The notes beneath the pieces were generated by a model that worked only from the letters and a program-made list of their open reading frames with translations, was not told where the DNA came from and made no database searches. Of a stretch of DNA of 64,000 bases, positions 41,573 to 52,200 are shown piece by piece. Origin of the DNA: Paramoeba atlantica (lineage: Eukaryota; Protista; Discosea); contig CDRNVI010000004.1 in the NCBI GenBank assembly GCA_977017575.1, positions 1-64,000 on the forward strand, written 5' to 3'. The translations under genes were made by a program, and so were the position numbers. Numbering within the stretch: the first letter of the stretch is position 1; every line of letters starts with the position of its first letter.

Positions 41573-42853
41573 TCAATTCGTAGGTACCCCGTACGACGGT
41601 GGATACACGTATGCTTCAGGTGCTTCTACAATTTGTTTAGGTTCTCTATATGCATTGATGAGAAGAAATAAAGGAATGTGTAATCCAAACAACGTGGGAG
41701 TATAAAGAACGTTTTTGTTATCACTGACTTCGGCACTGGAAAACATGTATAGTGCGCAACACAAGTCAGGGGGTGTTCGTGCCGACGTTGCCGCAGCAAG
41801 TATTCCTTTGCAAATGTTTTGCTCCTGCATTGCTCTGCATACGTGATACTTTATCGCAGAAAAGGGTGTGTGAAAAGCAAGATGCCAACAAAGCATTGTT
41901 TGGACAATCTTCAAATCTTCAGAATCTCGACCTTCTGTTTGCGTAGGCAAACCCTGCCCCATGTGTTCGGTAAAAACCATAGGATCCCAAAAAGCCTCCC
42001 TCGCAACCATAACCCCTGAACACTGCGTTTCGTGCCGTAGCTGATCAAACTTTCGTGGCATGACATCTCCATTTAAAATCAGTGAAGGAGCAAAATCTCC
42101 CCCCAGAGCGTCTCGAATCACGCGGAATCTGCAATGTAGCGCCTCTGTGGAGCTACGCTGCTCCACAGTTCGTGCATGGAGTGTCACCGCATGTACCCCG
42201 GTCTCCGCCAGTTGCCGAATCAACGCAACACTCTGCTCATCGGTCTCGCATAATCTTGTCTTTACACTAATCGGGACTTTGATATTTTGTACCAGCGTAG
42301 AAAGAATCTCACACGCTCTCTCCGGATGTTTCATCAGCTCCGCTCCCATCCCACTCCCTGTGGCGGATCGTTTCGGGCACCCCATATTTAAATCAATCCC
42401 CTGCACGTCGTGCTGGACGAGTCTTGCCGCAGCCAGGGCGGTTTCAGCGTTACTGGCCGCGAGTTGCAGAATTAAAGGAACAGCTTCCCCTCCGAGAAGC
42501 GTGGTGAACACTGGGACTCGTTTTACCGTTTTATTGGCTTTCTTCCCGACAGGTTCGTAGACAACATACTCAACGCGGTCCCGCAGTAATGCAGAGCAGG
42601 GGGGAATGAGATAATCGAGTTGACAAGAATCTTTAGAAATCTCTTTAGATTCCGTACCACAGGCCTCGGAGAGCGCAGATTGGTAGATCGGGAGAATGTG
42701 GGAGGGAACAACCTCTCGAGTCGCCTTCATTAGTCGCGGCGCCATGATTTCCTCGGTGAATACGACCTGAGCTCCATAGTAAGCGCATTGTTGTCGAAAG
42801 CCAAGATGGGAGACGCGTACCATAGGGGCGGCAATTACTTTGTTGTCAAACAT
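41573..42853 (-). CDS. DUS2: tRNA-dihydrouridine(20) synthase, DUS2-like
   Basis: IAAPMVRV, YGAQVVFTEEI, IDLNMGCPK, GMGAELM, ISVKTRL, VTLHART. Confidence 0.88.
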   Translation of the reverse strand: MFDNKVIAAPMVRVSHLGFRQQCAYYGAQVVFTEEIMAPRLMKATREVVPSHILPIYQSALSEACGTESKEISKDSCQLDYLIPPCSALLRDRVEYVVYEPVGKKANKTVKRVPVFTTLLGGEAVPLILQLAASNAETALAAARLVQHDVQGIDLNMGCPKRSATGSGMGAELMKHPERACEILSTLVQNIKVPISVKTRLCETDEQSVALIRQLAETGVHAVTLHARTVEQRSSTEALHCRFRVIRDALGGDFAPSLILNGDVMPRKFDQLRHETQCSGVMVAREAFWDPMVFTEHMGQGLPTQTEGRDSEDLKIVQTMLCWHLAFHTPFSAIKYHVCRAMQEQNICKGILAAATSARTPPDLCCALYMFSSAEVSDNKNVLYTPTLFGLHIPLFLLINAYREPKQIVEAPEAYVYPPSYGVPTN

Positions 42854-43213
42854 GGAGGAACAAAGGGTTGGCGCTTTGCTAGCTATCAAGGTGTAGAGTT
42901 CGGCTCGTCGGGATATATTTTACATAGTTGAGTTTAAAGAAAGATGCAAGACTTCTTGTTTCTATTTTGCGAGTCAGAAGAATTAGATTCATAATTATAC
43001 GCTCTCAAAAAACACTAACTCTGAAAAAATATAGGGTACCACTGGTGTTCAAAAGCATTTAACCAATATTGTTCTGACATCATCTGACTACGTCTACTAA
43101 TCATTTGAAATGTTGACTCCTGAGAGCATCAATGTAAAACCGAAATAAATGCCAATTAGTAGAAGTGCTTCCTCTCCACGTTGCGTTTTTCACACATTTC
43201 GGAGATAGCGAAA

Positions 43214-43705
43214 TTATTCCTCGTCTGGGGTTAGGAGATATCGAAATCCATAGTATGTTGTAAGCCCGAATCCAGTCCAACTACTTAACCCGGCGTACGC
43301 CAGACGGCGATGGATCATAAATTGCCGCAGCGAACACGCCATCCATAGTGTCGCGGCCACGGCGTTATTTCCATACTCCTTACGCACAGACCAGCCCTTC
43401 CGAGGAATATTTTCGCCGAGCTTCTCAGCCTGAGCTCGGTTAACACCATTTATGAAGAAATATGTGCCCGCCATCCACATGCTCAGCGTAGTAAAAGGTC
43501 TAGATTGATTTGTGACGGACATGGCAGCGCTAAAGCCATAGCAGGTGAGTCCCCAACAAAGGCAGGGCTGGGGGAAGCCGGAGGATCCGAAGAACACATC
43601 GCGCATAGAAGGGCCAGATGTATTCTTCATTGTTATGGAAGTATCATCTTGCTCTGACGTCGGATTTACGGCTGTTTGCGTCTCCTGCGTGGGTGTGTCT
43701 GACAT
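43214..43705 (-). CDS. Small multi-pass membrane protein, unknown function
   Basis: 163 aa with 3-4 Gly/Ala-rich hydrophobic segments. Confidence 0.7.
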   Translation of the reverse strand: MSDTPTQETQTAVNPTSEQDDTSITMKNTSGPSMRDVFFGSSGFPQPCLCWGLTCYGFSAAMSVTNQSRPFTTLSMWMAGTYFFINGVNRAQAEKLGENIPRKGWSVRKEYGNNAVAATLWMACSLRQFMIHRRLAYAGLSSWTGFGLTTYYGFRYLLTPDEE

Positions 43706-44101
43706 GGAAAGAAGGGGTTTATAAAAAGTCGATTTTGGGATAAATTATTTTTCTAACTTCTGCGTGAATTCAATGCTTACCAACTCATCGCGCAGATTTC
43801 GGACAAAAAGAATTAGTATCCGCTACGAGACACTTTTAAAACTTTATGTAAATTTGAATACTCTTCCTTTATTTCCTACAACACAATTAATTCCTACAAC
43901 ACATGTATGCGATATAGATATTCGGACACCCAGAACCAGTTTTCTATATGTTCTTGCGGTGACTTATTTGTGAGATATTGAACAGGGGATCTGAGGTGCG
44001 TAATTAACACGTAAAGCATAATCTACGTCTCGCGGCGATTTAAAAATGTGACGTGTATGAAAATAATCGAACCGAAAAAAAATCGAAAAGCCTCACTTAA
44101 G

Positions 44102-46834
44102 CTACCACCATCCATCTGCTTTACGCTGTAAGTCATAATAACTCCCATGGGATTCTGGTACTTTTTCCCTTGAAAACAGGGAAAAATAGGACTTCGACCT
44201 GGCGGAACCCTGCTCGTGAGAATTCGACGCTGTCTCTCGCTTAAACGCCTGTAAAGATCCTTCCAACACTCGATGAATGACTTGGGGAGCACGCAACACT
44301 TGTTCCCGAGTCCCCACCCCTTTCTCCAGCCCCGATAATAACCGAAACACGAAAGGCATAAAGGGGTGAGCAGAGGTATAAGCAAAGTGTACAATCTCGT
44401 CCGGAGTTAAGCCCGACGCCGCACAGCGCTGCACAGTATACACCGACAACGCGACTCGCGAAATTGTCTGCGAGGAGAATCCAAACCGACGAAGTACGGA
44501 GTAGTACTTGTACCATGGGTCTTCAATCGAGTTCAGGAAGCGCAACACATCGGGGTGCCAGGACTCGAGCTCGTAGGCGTCACTATCCTCGGAGCCCGCG
44601 CTCACATTGGGAACGGAGCCACGACCATCTTGACTTCCCGGCGTCCCTTTTCCAGGGGTCCGACCACACCCGTAGGCATTTCGAAAACTCGCAATAAGCT
44701 CATCATACCGTGGAAATGTCTCCGGTAAGATGTAGGAGTTGTGTAAGTAGTAGTGCCCCGTACGACCCTGAGGCAACGGCGTGCGGCCTCCTCGCGTACC
44801 GCTCCCTCCGGTCATGGAGCCTTCCTCCTCCACCCCATCCGGCTCGGGCCGTTCCCCGGGACTATGCCGTGTAGCCCACAGATTCTTCCCAAACATCGGC
44901 TCCCTTCGAGCGTCACCGTTCATAAAAAACAGATCAAACAACAGCCGAAATTGTCGCGCCCGGGTACGTTCCAATCCCAAATGGGGGGTGGCATCGGAAT
45001 TCGCAGGGGTAATATACTCCGAGAGCACCCCCTCCCCGAGTCCCTCCATGTGGGACACCGTCGTCACCGGGATGTGGAACACCCCGGCACTGTGCTGGTC
45101 CAGCGCGTACGCCACCGCATCCCGCAGGTAGAACTCCCCGGAGGGGAACACGCAGTGGCCGTCCCCCCCGCCGTAGAGGTTCTTTCGTCCCTGCGGGTTG
45201 ACCGCGTTGCCGCGCTCCTGGGCGAGCGGCTTGAACAGGGCAACCTGGCTGGGGTAGAAGTACTCGTGGACGCGCTGCCACACCCCCCAGGACCCGTTCT
45301 GGATCACGTAGGCCTGCCCGCTGGGCGTCTCCTTCGCTTTCAGGCGGTAGTCAAAGGGTTGGCTAAGGCGCTGGGAGACGGCCTCTACGAGGTACCCCAC
45401 CGCGGGGTCCATTTCGGGCGGGTGGGTCCCGAGGGGGCTTACCACGTGACAGCTCCGGGCCCGGGCATTGTCCAGGGAGTCACGTAGGATCTTGGCGGGG
45501 GCATCCATCCGGGTACGAAAGCTGTGCGGACTCACGGGGTACTCCGCGGCATGGGTCGCGACCGCCTCCTCGGCCAGGGCGTGGAGAAGATGCTGCATCG
45601 CGTCCCCCTCCTCGGCCTCATCTTTTCCCAGCGGAAGGTGTTGCGGGGCGGGATAAACCATCGGAGGATTCTCCCCGTACTGTCCCTCCTTCAAATATTG
45701 CGGAAACGGATTCGCGTACCCTGTGGGACACGACCCGACTCCCTTTTTCCCCATACACTGCTCCCCGTACTCCTGATCGGGCAACGGCGACGGGCAGGGG
45801 GGTTGCTCGAGGTTGAAAATCGCAGCCAGCTCGCGCCGTACCTCCAGCTCCTCCTCCGTCATGGTACGACGAGGGGTACCCGCGAGATTTCCCCCCGCGG
45901 AACCCCCCAAGGTCGCGGGGCTCGGGGCTCGCGAAAGAAACCGACTCCCGGGGTTCTCCGGGGTCGTACCCACCGGGACATCCGCAAACGGGGAATACGG
46001 GAGATTACGCGGAGAGGGCAAATGGGCGGTAGGTCGAGCCACCTTCACAGCCTCCCCTTCTTGATTCGTTGTACTACGACTTGTACTTGTCGTAGCTGCC
46101 GTAGTGTTCGCCACTGCCACAGTAGCAGCAGCATACCGTTTCAAAAAAGGATGGGACGCTGTCTCTTCCGAGCTTCCCCCGTGCCCCCCTTTTATCATGG
46201 TCTCATCCACCGACTCAGGAGACGAACCACAGGGGGTAGGGTACGGCACACGGTACAACGGAGGCCCGGGCCACGGGTAGGCGCCCCGCGCGGGGCTGTA
46301 CGCCTCGGGGGGATTCGGGGCGCCTGTGTGGGATTCGGGATAGGGATCACGGGAGTTACGGCTACGGCTACTCCCATTCCCACGGCTTTGTGGGTTAGGA
46401 TAGCCCGCAAGGGTCTCACGCGGGGGGAGCCAACGTAGGGGGGGTGGGGGCTGGGGGTCCGCGCTGCCACGGGAGGGTCCATGGGAGGGGTGGGTGAGCG
46501 GATGAGCGTAGGGGAGAGAGGACGCATTTTCGAGGCTCCCCGGGTGGGGTTGCAGGTAGGACTCGTAGGAACGGGTAAGGTTTGTGACATGGGCGGGGGG
46601 GAGGGCGAAGGTGGGGCTGCGGTGCGGGTGAGTCTCACGAGGGGGTTGGTGGTGTCGGGGTTGGACCTCGGCGGCGGTGATGGGGGGAAGAGAAATGCGT
46701 GGGGTGAGGGTGGGGAGAGGGTTACCGATTCCCGTTCTAGGGGGTGCCCGAGTAGCGGACAAGAAAAGGGTTAAGCACAGGAGCACGCGGATAGGGCTCG
46801 GAAAGGAGCACTTGGGAATTAGCAATCGCGGCAT
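44102..46834 (-). CDS. Signal-peptide protein with PI4K type II (PI4K-gamma)-like pseudokinase domain, paralogue 1
   Basis: N-term IRVLLCLTLFLSATRA; GQAYVI, VALFKPLAQERGNAVNPQG, GEFYLRDAVAYALD, IPVT, LFDLFFMNGDAR, LHNSYILPETF, GLTPDEI. Confidence 0.8.
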   Translation of the reverse strand: MPRLLIPKCSFPSPIRVLLCLTLFLSATRAPPRTGIGNPLPTLTPRISLPPITAAEVQPRHHQPPRETHPHRSPTFALPPAHVTNLTRSYESYLQPHPGSLENASSLPYAHPLTHPSHGPSRGSADPQPPPPLRWLPPRETLAGYPNPQSRGNGSSRSRNSRDPYPESHTGAPNPPEAYSPARGAYPWPGPPLYRVPYPTPCGSSPESVDETMIKGGHGGSSEETASHPFLKRYAAATVAVANTTAATTSTSRSTTNQEGEAVKVARPTAHLPSPRNLPYSPFADVPVGTTPENPGSRFLSRAPSPATLGGSAGGNLAGTPRRTMTEEELEVRRELAAIFNLEQPPCPSPLPDQEYGEQCMGKKGVGSCPTGYANPFPQYLKEGQYGENPPMVYPAPQHLPLGKDEAEEGDAMQHLLHALAEEAVATHAAEYPVSPHSFRTRMDAPAKILRDSLDNARARSCHVVSPLGTHPPEMDPAVGYLVEAVSQRLSQPFDYRLKAKETPSGQAYVIQNGSWGVWQRVHEYFYPSQVALFKPLAQERGNAVNPQGRKNLYGGGDGHCVFPSGEFYLRDAVAYALDQHSAGVFHIPVTTVSHMEGLGEGVLSEYITPANSDATPHLGLERTRARQFRLLFDLFFMNGDARREPMFGKNLWATRHSPGERPEPDGVEEEGSMTGGSGTRGGRTPLPQGRTGHYYLHNSYILPETFPRYDELIASFRNAYGCGRTPGKGTPGSQDGRGSVPNVSAGSEDSDAYELESWHPDVLRFLNSIEDPWYKYYSVLRRFGFSSQTISRVALSVYTVQRCAASGLTPDEIVHFAYTSAHPFMPFVFRLLSGLEKGVGTREQVLRAPQVIHRVLEGSLQAFKRETASNSHEQGSARSKSYFSLFSREKVPESHGSYYDLQRKADGWW

Positions 46835-47495
46835 AAAAAATTCTTTAAAAAGCTCTATAGAAACCGTCTCGTGTAGAAAAAATATACATTTTAAGCTGAA
46901 GTTATCAAAATAGATCTCTCGCTATAGTGTGTAAACGGCCGTATAGCCTACGGTACCAATAGTCTCGAAATATACATCAATCATACGAACATCAATCGCA
47001 TACACATGAATAATTATATTCAGTACATTAGCCACTGAAAAAGTGAATTATTCGAGCCTTTTTTGCTTCGCTGGGTCCCTCCAGAAATCACATCGCCTTT
47101 TGCTGCACGTTACATTCAATGCAAATAAGCCGTCCTTCCCAGGAAGTGAGAGGGAGTCATCCTGCAAGCGTAATGCTATTGGATCATTGAAAAGGCTGCA
47201 CCTTGCTTTCTTAGGGAAAGAAATTCAAGCCCCCTCCTAAATATTCCGCACAATGAACATCATAATGCACTAAAAAATAATCACGTAAACTTTTCTTCGC
47301 ATGGAGCGCCGGATCGCGAAAAAATTGATTCACGACAGGAAATACAACGTCTAAAAATCATACCCACTGAGAAAGGCACCATTTCCTACCAACGAAAAAT
47401 GAGAGTAGAAAAACTGCATTGTATCGAGTAGATGTGACAGTCCATGGTCGGGAAGTTTTACGTCATGGGCTATCACCCATGGCAAAAGAAGAGAC

Positions 47496-48917
47496 TTAGC
47501 ATCCTGTGAGCACGCCTCGGTAATCATGTTCAGATACTCCATCGTATTCGTACTTGTATTTATTAGACGGCTTGACTCGCTGGCTAAACAAAGTAAGCAT
47601 TTCGCGCACAAAGGTACGTGTGTCGGCCTCCTCGCTCCCTTCGAGTTGTGAGAATATAAAGGGAAGGAAAGCAATGGGCTCTTCAGTTAGCGCGAAGCGT
47701 ATCGTTTGCAAAGGTGTAAACTTCTTTTTCCTTACACAGAACTGTATGGCCTCAAGTGCTATCTCGAAATTTATACACACTGCTGTGGAAAATCCAAAAA
47801 CTCGCAGCATTGGAACGTACTCTTCTGCTTTCAAGCCCAAAACTATAGCACGGACCTTAGGATCAAACGTCTCCTTCATATAAGGAACTCTAAGAGCACG
47901 GAACCCCATGGTGGTAACATTCATGATATGCTTTGAATCGGGAAAACTCAATACATGCTTTGAAAAAAATAGAGCATTTCGTTTGTTTCGTTGGACTTCC
48001 TCTCTCCGGGTTTTTGAAGAAAGCTTTCCTATGCAGCCCAGGTCTTCCTCTGGATTCAACGTTAGTATCTGGAAAAGGACTCGTAGTTGGTATTCCGCCG
48101 TAAGATTCGGAGGATGATCGGGTGTAGAGCACCCGAGTGATGGTTTTTGGACTTCTTGCTGTAGTATTCCAGTACCAAAGCCTTCAATCCATACAGGGAT
48201 AGTTGGAGGGATGCTGAACAGGAAATTGCACCCTCTTGCCGCCATTAGGGCATGTAGTCGATAGGAAGCATATTCTCGCACGGCACCTAACCCCGGGGTG
48301 TACTCTTTTTCAAAAGGGAATCGACCTGCGTGAGTATGCATGCGGTAGTTCAGTGTTCCGACCTCCAAATTCGTTGGTCGGAAATTAAATAGAATATCCG
48401 GCTGACTCCATAAATCCAGAATTCTATGTGATGCACGGACGGTATAAGAATTGCCTGACATCGGTCGTCCCTCCTCCTTTTCAATGTGGTAGCCCCGCTT
48501 GTTGCCAAACACTTCTTGAGCTTTGCGCAACAAAGCTATTTCGAACTCGTTCAGAGAACTTTCTTCGACTAGAGACTGAACGGCTCGAGAAATAGAGTTA
48601 TCAAAATTCGGTGATACGAATTGAGTCGCAAGTCGGAAAGGCGACGCGAATAGTGGTTGACCCCCAAGAGGGGAGTTAGAAGAGTCTTCACGTGGGGGAA
48701 GGATGGGGGAGAGCTCTTCAATATCATGCGGCATCGGTGGAGCTAATGTTTCTCTTAGAGAGCGCACATTTTCATGAACTTTTGGCCGCGAACGGGAAGC
48801 AGATTTCTCTCTGTTCCCATGTTTCGAAATTCTCGGGACGGGGGTTCTCGTTTGAAACGTTTTCTCCTCATGGCAGCACAGCCCAAGACAGCTGAGTAGG
48901 CCAACGAAGATCAGCAT
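47496..48917 (-). CDS. Signal-peptide PI4K type II-like pseudokinase, paralogue 2
   Basis: N-term MLIFVGLLSCLGLCC; GNSYTV, FNFRPTNLE, GLGAVREYASYRL, IPPTIPV, GILQQ, FQILTLNPEE, SKHVLSFPDS, FTPLQT. Confidence 0.75.
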   Translation of the reverse strand: MLIFVGLLSCLGLCCHEEKTFQTRTPVPRISKHGNREKSASRSRPKVHENVRSLRETLAPPMPHDIEELSPILPPREDSSNSPLGGQPLFASPFRLATQFVSPNFDNSISRAVQSLVEESSLNEFEIALLRKAQEVFGNKRGYHIEKEEGRPMSGNSYTVRASHRILDLWSQPDILFNFRPTNLEVGTLNYRMHTHAGRFPFEKEYTPGLGAVREYASYRLHALMAARGCNFLFSIPPTIPVWIEGFGTGILQQEVQKPSLGCSTPDHPPNLTAEYQLRVLFQILTLNPEEDLGCIGKLSSKTRREEVQRNKRNALFFSKHVLSFPDSKHIMNVTTMGFRALRVPYMKETFDPKVRAIVLGLKAEEYVPMLRVFGFSTAVCINFEIALEAIQFCVRKKKFTPLQTIRFALTEEPIAFLPFIFSQLEGSEEADTRTFVREMLTLFSQRVKPSNKYKYEYDGVSEHDYRGVLTGC

Positions 48918-49227
48918 TCGCGTTAGAAAAAGGCTGGGAATTCACTGCAAGAAATCTTTGAAAAGGTAAAAATAATCTATAGATACCTGTGATTGACTTA
49001 TCAGTGTAGTGGTTCAGACGACTTATGCTAGTTTATAAAATTTGGTACGACAAAATTTTAGTTTAACCGTCCTACTTCTAGTTCAAAGTTATGTACAAAA
49101 TAACGAAAAAAGGATATACACAAAATGCAAGTAGATAATAAGAGCGCAAACGCAAACTTACCATGAAAATACACAGAAAAGCTCAAAGATGGTTGGTTAG
49201 GTATTTACAAAGTGAAGGCTTCTAACT

Positions 49228-52200
49228 CTACCACCGGTATTCCTCACGCATGAGTCTACGGAAATTCCACACGTAGGGCCGCAAAAATTGTTTTATATTG
49301 TAGAGCCAACGTCGCCACCATGAAATTTTAGAACCTGAAACCGTGTGCTCAAAGGCCATTTTTGTGTAGGCAGAGGGAATGACTTTTTCGTCCCCCTCGT
49401 AGTGTGTGAGAGCTCTGCCCCAGCTCACCGCAGAACGATCAATTAACTGTCCGTCGGGACCCGTTCGAAGGCGTGAGGGACAAACCTCAAGGCCCCTCGG
49501 ACTTTTGCTGTAGTCCGGTTGGGCTATCGTATCACAATGGTACGCATTGGGTACAAAGATTTCATTTAACGAATGATCAAGAATGCGTTCAAAGTGTTGC
49601 CATTGTTCCTCACTGAACGCTCCGTTTTCCCGCGGTAGACGGATGTATAAAATAGCGAAAAAATTAACAGGACGTTGTGTGTAAAGGAATCGCATGGCTT
49701 GAATCGGAGTAAGGCCTCGCAACGCGCACGCTTGGATGACACGAATCGCGATTTGAACATTGGTTTGTATTGTAGGCGAGAACTTCAGATTCTCCAGCAG
49801 TTCCTGAAACTGGTCCATTTTTAACGCACGGAGAAAGGCATCTACGGGGGGTAGGAATGGAATGTCAAGGTATGGCGTCCTGGTTAAGCGTAGTGACAGA
49901 TCGGTAATACTCAGCATTTTTTCGGTGTCTGGGAGAATGTACGCGTTGTTCGTACTGTACAGACCGGGACGAAAAAATGTTTGCGCGGCATGGGTTTGTT
50001 CCTGCGCGATAACCCCCGCGGTTAGGAGCTCTCGTATGTGACCGTAAATTGTGCCTTGCGTATAGGAGTTCATGGTTAGCAGGTTGAATATGTGGTTCAT
50101 TTGACAATCAACCATGTAGTCAAGTGACATGGGGTGGTGAAAATCGGGAACGGTAACTGGTAGAACTCTTTCCTGTAAGTAGCCGCCACCTAAACCACCA
50201 ATGCGCAAGGGGAGACCGGTAGGAATACGGAAACCCACGCGTACTGCGGTCATCGCATTCACTATTGGGTTCAAACGATGGGCCGCTATCTCACGATGAA
50301 CACCTTGACCCTTCGGAAAGGCACGGTGAAATGCAAACTTGTACCCGGAATGATATTTTCTGAACATCGTTGTGCCCATTTCTAGATTTACGGGCTTGAA
50401 TGTTGCAATCGGGGTACCATAATAACCTTCTAAAGGAGGTAGCTCGTGGATGATGTATGCAATACCGGGTAGGTAGTTTTTGCAAACACTCAGGAAGTAG
50501 CGCTGCGGTGTGAGTATGTGTCGTACATGCTGTCCAAGAATTGCCTGCCGAGCGCTTAACGTGTCGTCGGCAAGCCCATCCACAAGCAGAAGCTCACGCA
50601 CGAAGTCTTGTCGCGGTTGGATGGTTACTTTTTCTTCTGGGAGTCGCACCGGAATCTCGCCCTCTACGGTCGTTCGGACAATGGAAAGAGCGTACTGCAA
50701 CGCCTCTCGGGGATCTAAGTCTGGAGTTTCCTCAGATTCCTTTTCTTCAAAGACTGGCGTAAGCGACGGTGAGCTATCCGTGTCTGACAATTTCGACGAG
50801 GACGCTAGTTCTCGACTCCTCGGTTGATGAGGTGATGACACACCCATGTCTAGGTCCTCCAAAGCTTCTTCCTCATTCTCACTCTCCTCTTCAATCCTAT
50901 TTTCTGTCCTCCGCGGGCGCGTTGAGGGTCGAGTCAGCCTCATTAAATCACTCGAGGAGCTGCTTCTCGAAAGCGACGAGTGCAGACGATTTATTTTCTC
51001 CGGAGCCATCGAGCGTGGTCGTCGAAGCTCGCTACCCCAGCGCTCTCGCATTCTCTCCGCGACGTTGGGTAAACTGGACATGGGGCTTAAATCTCCCGCC
51101 TCTTTCTTTTGCACATACTGGTGCACATCCGAGAGGGAGGAGTATTTGCTTCGTCGGGACAAGGGGGCTGTGAATCGCTTATCTTTAGTAAGACCTCCCA
51201 TCGTAAGCAATGCTACCGGTCCCAATGACTCCCTTCTCTTTGGTGTTTGGGAAGGAGAAGGCATCGGAGGGGTCATGGGAGGGAGACTTCGTGAGGCACT
51301 ACTCTCCGGTGTGCGTTGCAGACGCGGACTCTGTCGTGGACTGGCTCGTGGGGTTGACCGCGTTTTTAACTCACGCTCCTCGTTCTCTAGTTTGTTTTGT
51401 AATTCTTGCTTCCACCATCCACGGTGTTGTTGGGGTTCGGAGGAAGACAGAGTGGCTCCCAAAGCGACGCTTTGAGATCGCTGGATCGGAGGAACAGGTT
51501 TTTGGGCGTGCGGTGGTTCAATCGAGCGCCTCCTTCGCGGGGTTTCTTTTCCCGTGATCTTTGTAGGGTCGACAGGAGGTTTCGCAGCTTTCTGCGCAGG
51601 CAATGTACCTTCTTTTCGTCCAATTCGTGGAGGGGTTGCTTGAGGTTTGAAATACCTGTTTATGCTAAATATGCCATGTTTCTCTCGAGGAGACTTCTTT
51701 CGGGTAGAGCCCTGGGATGGGTGTGTTGGGCTGCTCAGTTCAGATGTACTTTGCGAAAACACAGAGGTTAACGGCTTCGATCGAAGTGGTACTTGTTCTG
51801 TAATCGGTGCTGAGGTAGGTCGAGGAGGAGGAATGCGACGTCCTTGAAAAGTCTCCTCTACAGAGGTCTGTGAAGGTAAGGAAGCATTGTCAGAGGAGCC
51901 CTCCACGTTCAAAGGCTTGGATGATCGCCTCGACCCGAATTTTCCGATGGCGGAGAGAACTTTTTCCTGAGATTTACGTCGGGGAGCAAGTGTTTCGCGG
52001 AGTTCAAAGCTTCGTACACGTTGCGGTTCCTTAAAAACAGGCTGTGCTTGTGTCTTTTCCGTAGTCGGAGTTACTGGTGTCTGCCGCCCAACAGACGACC
52101 GGTTAGTATCATCAAGATTTTGTTGTTCTTGTGCCCTAGAAACTGACATGCGCCTTAGACGAGCGTCTCGTGAAGGATTGCTCTCGGCAGATTCCCGGAG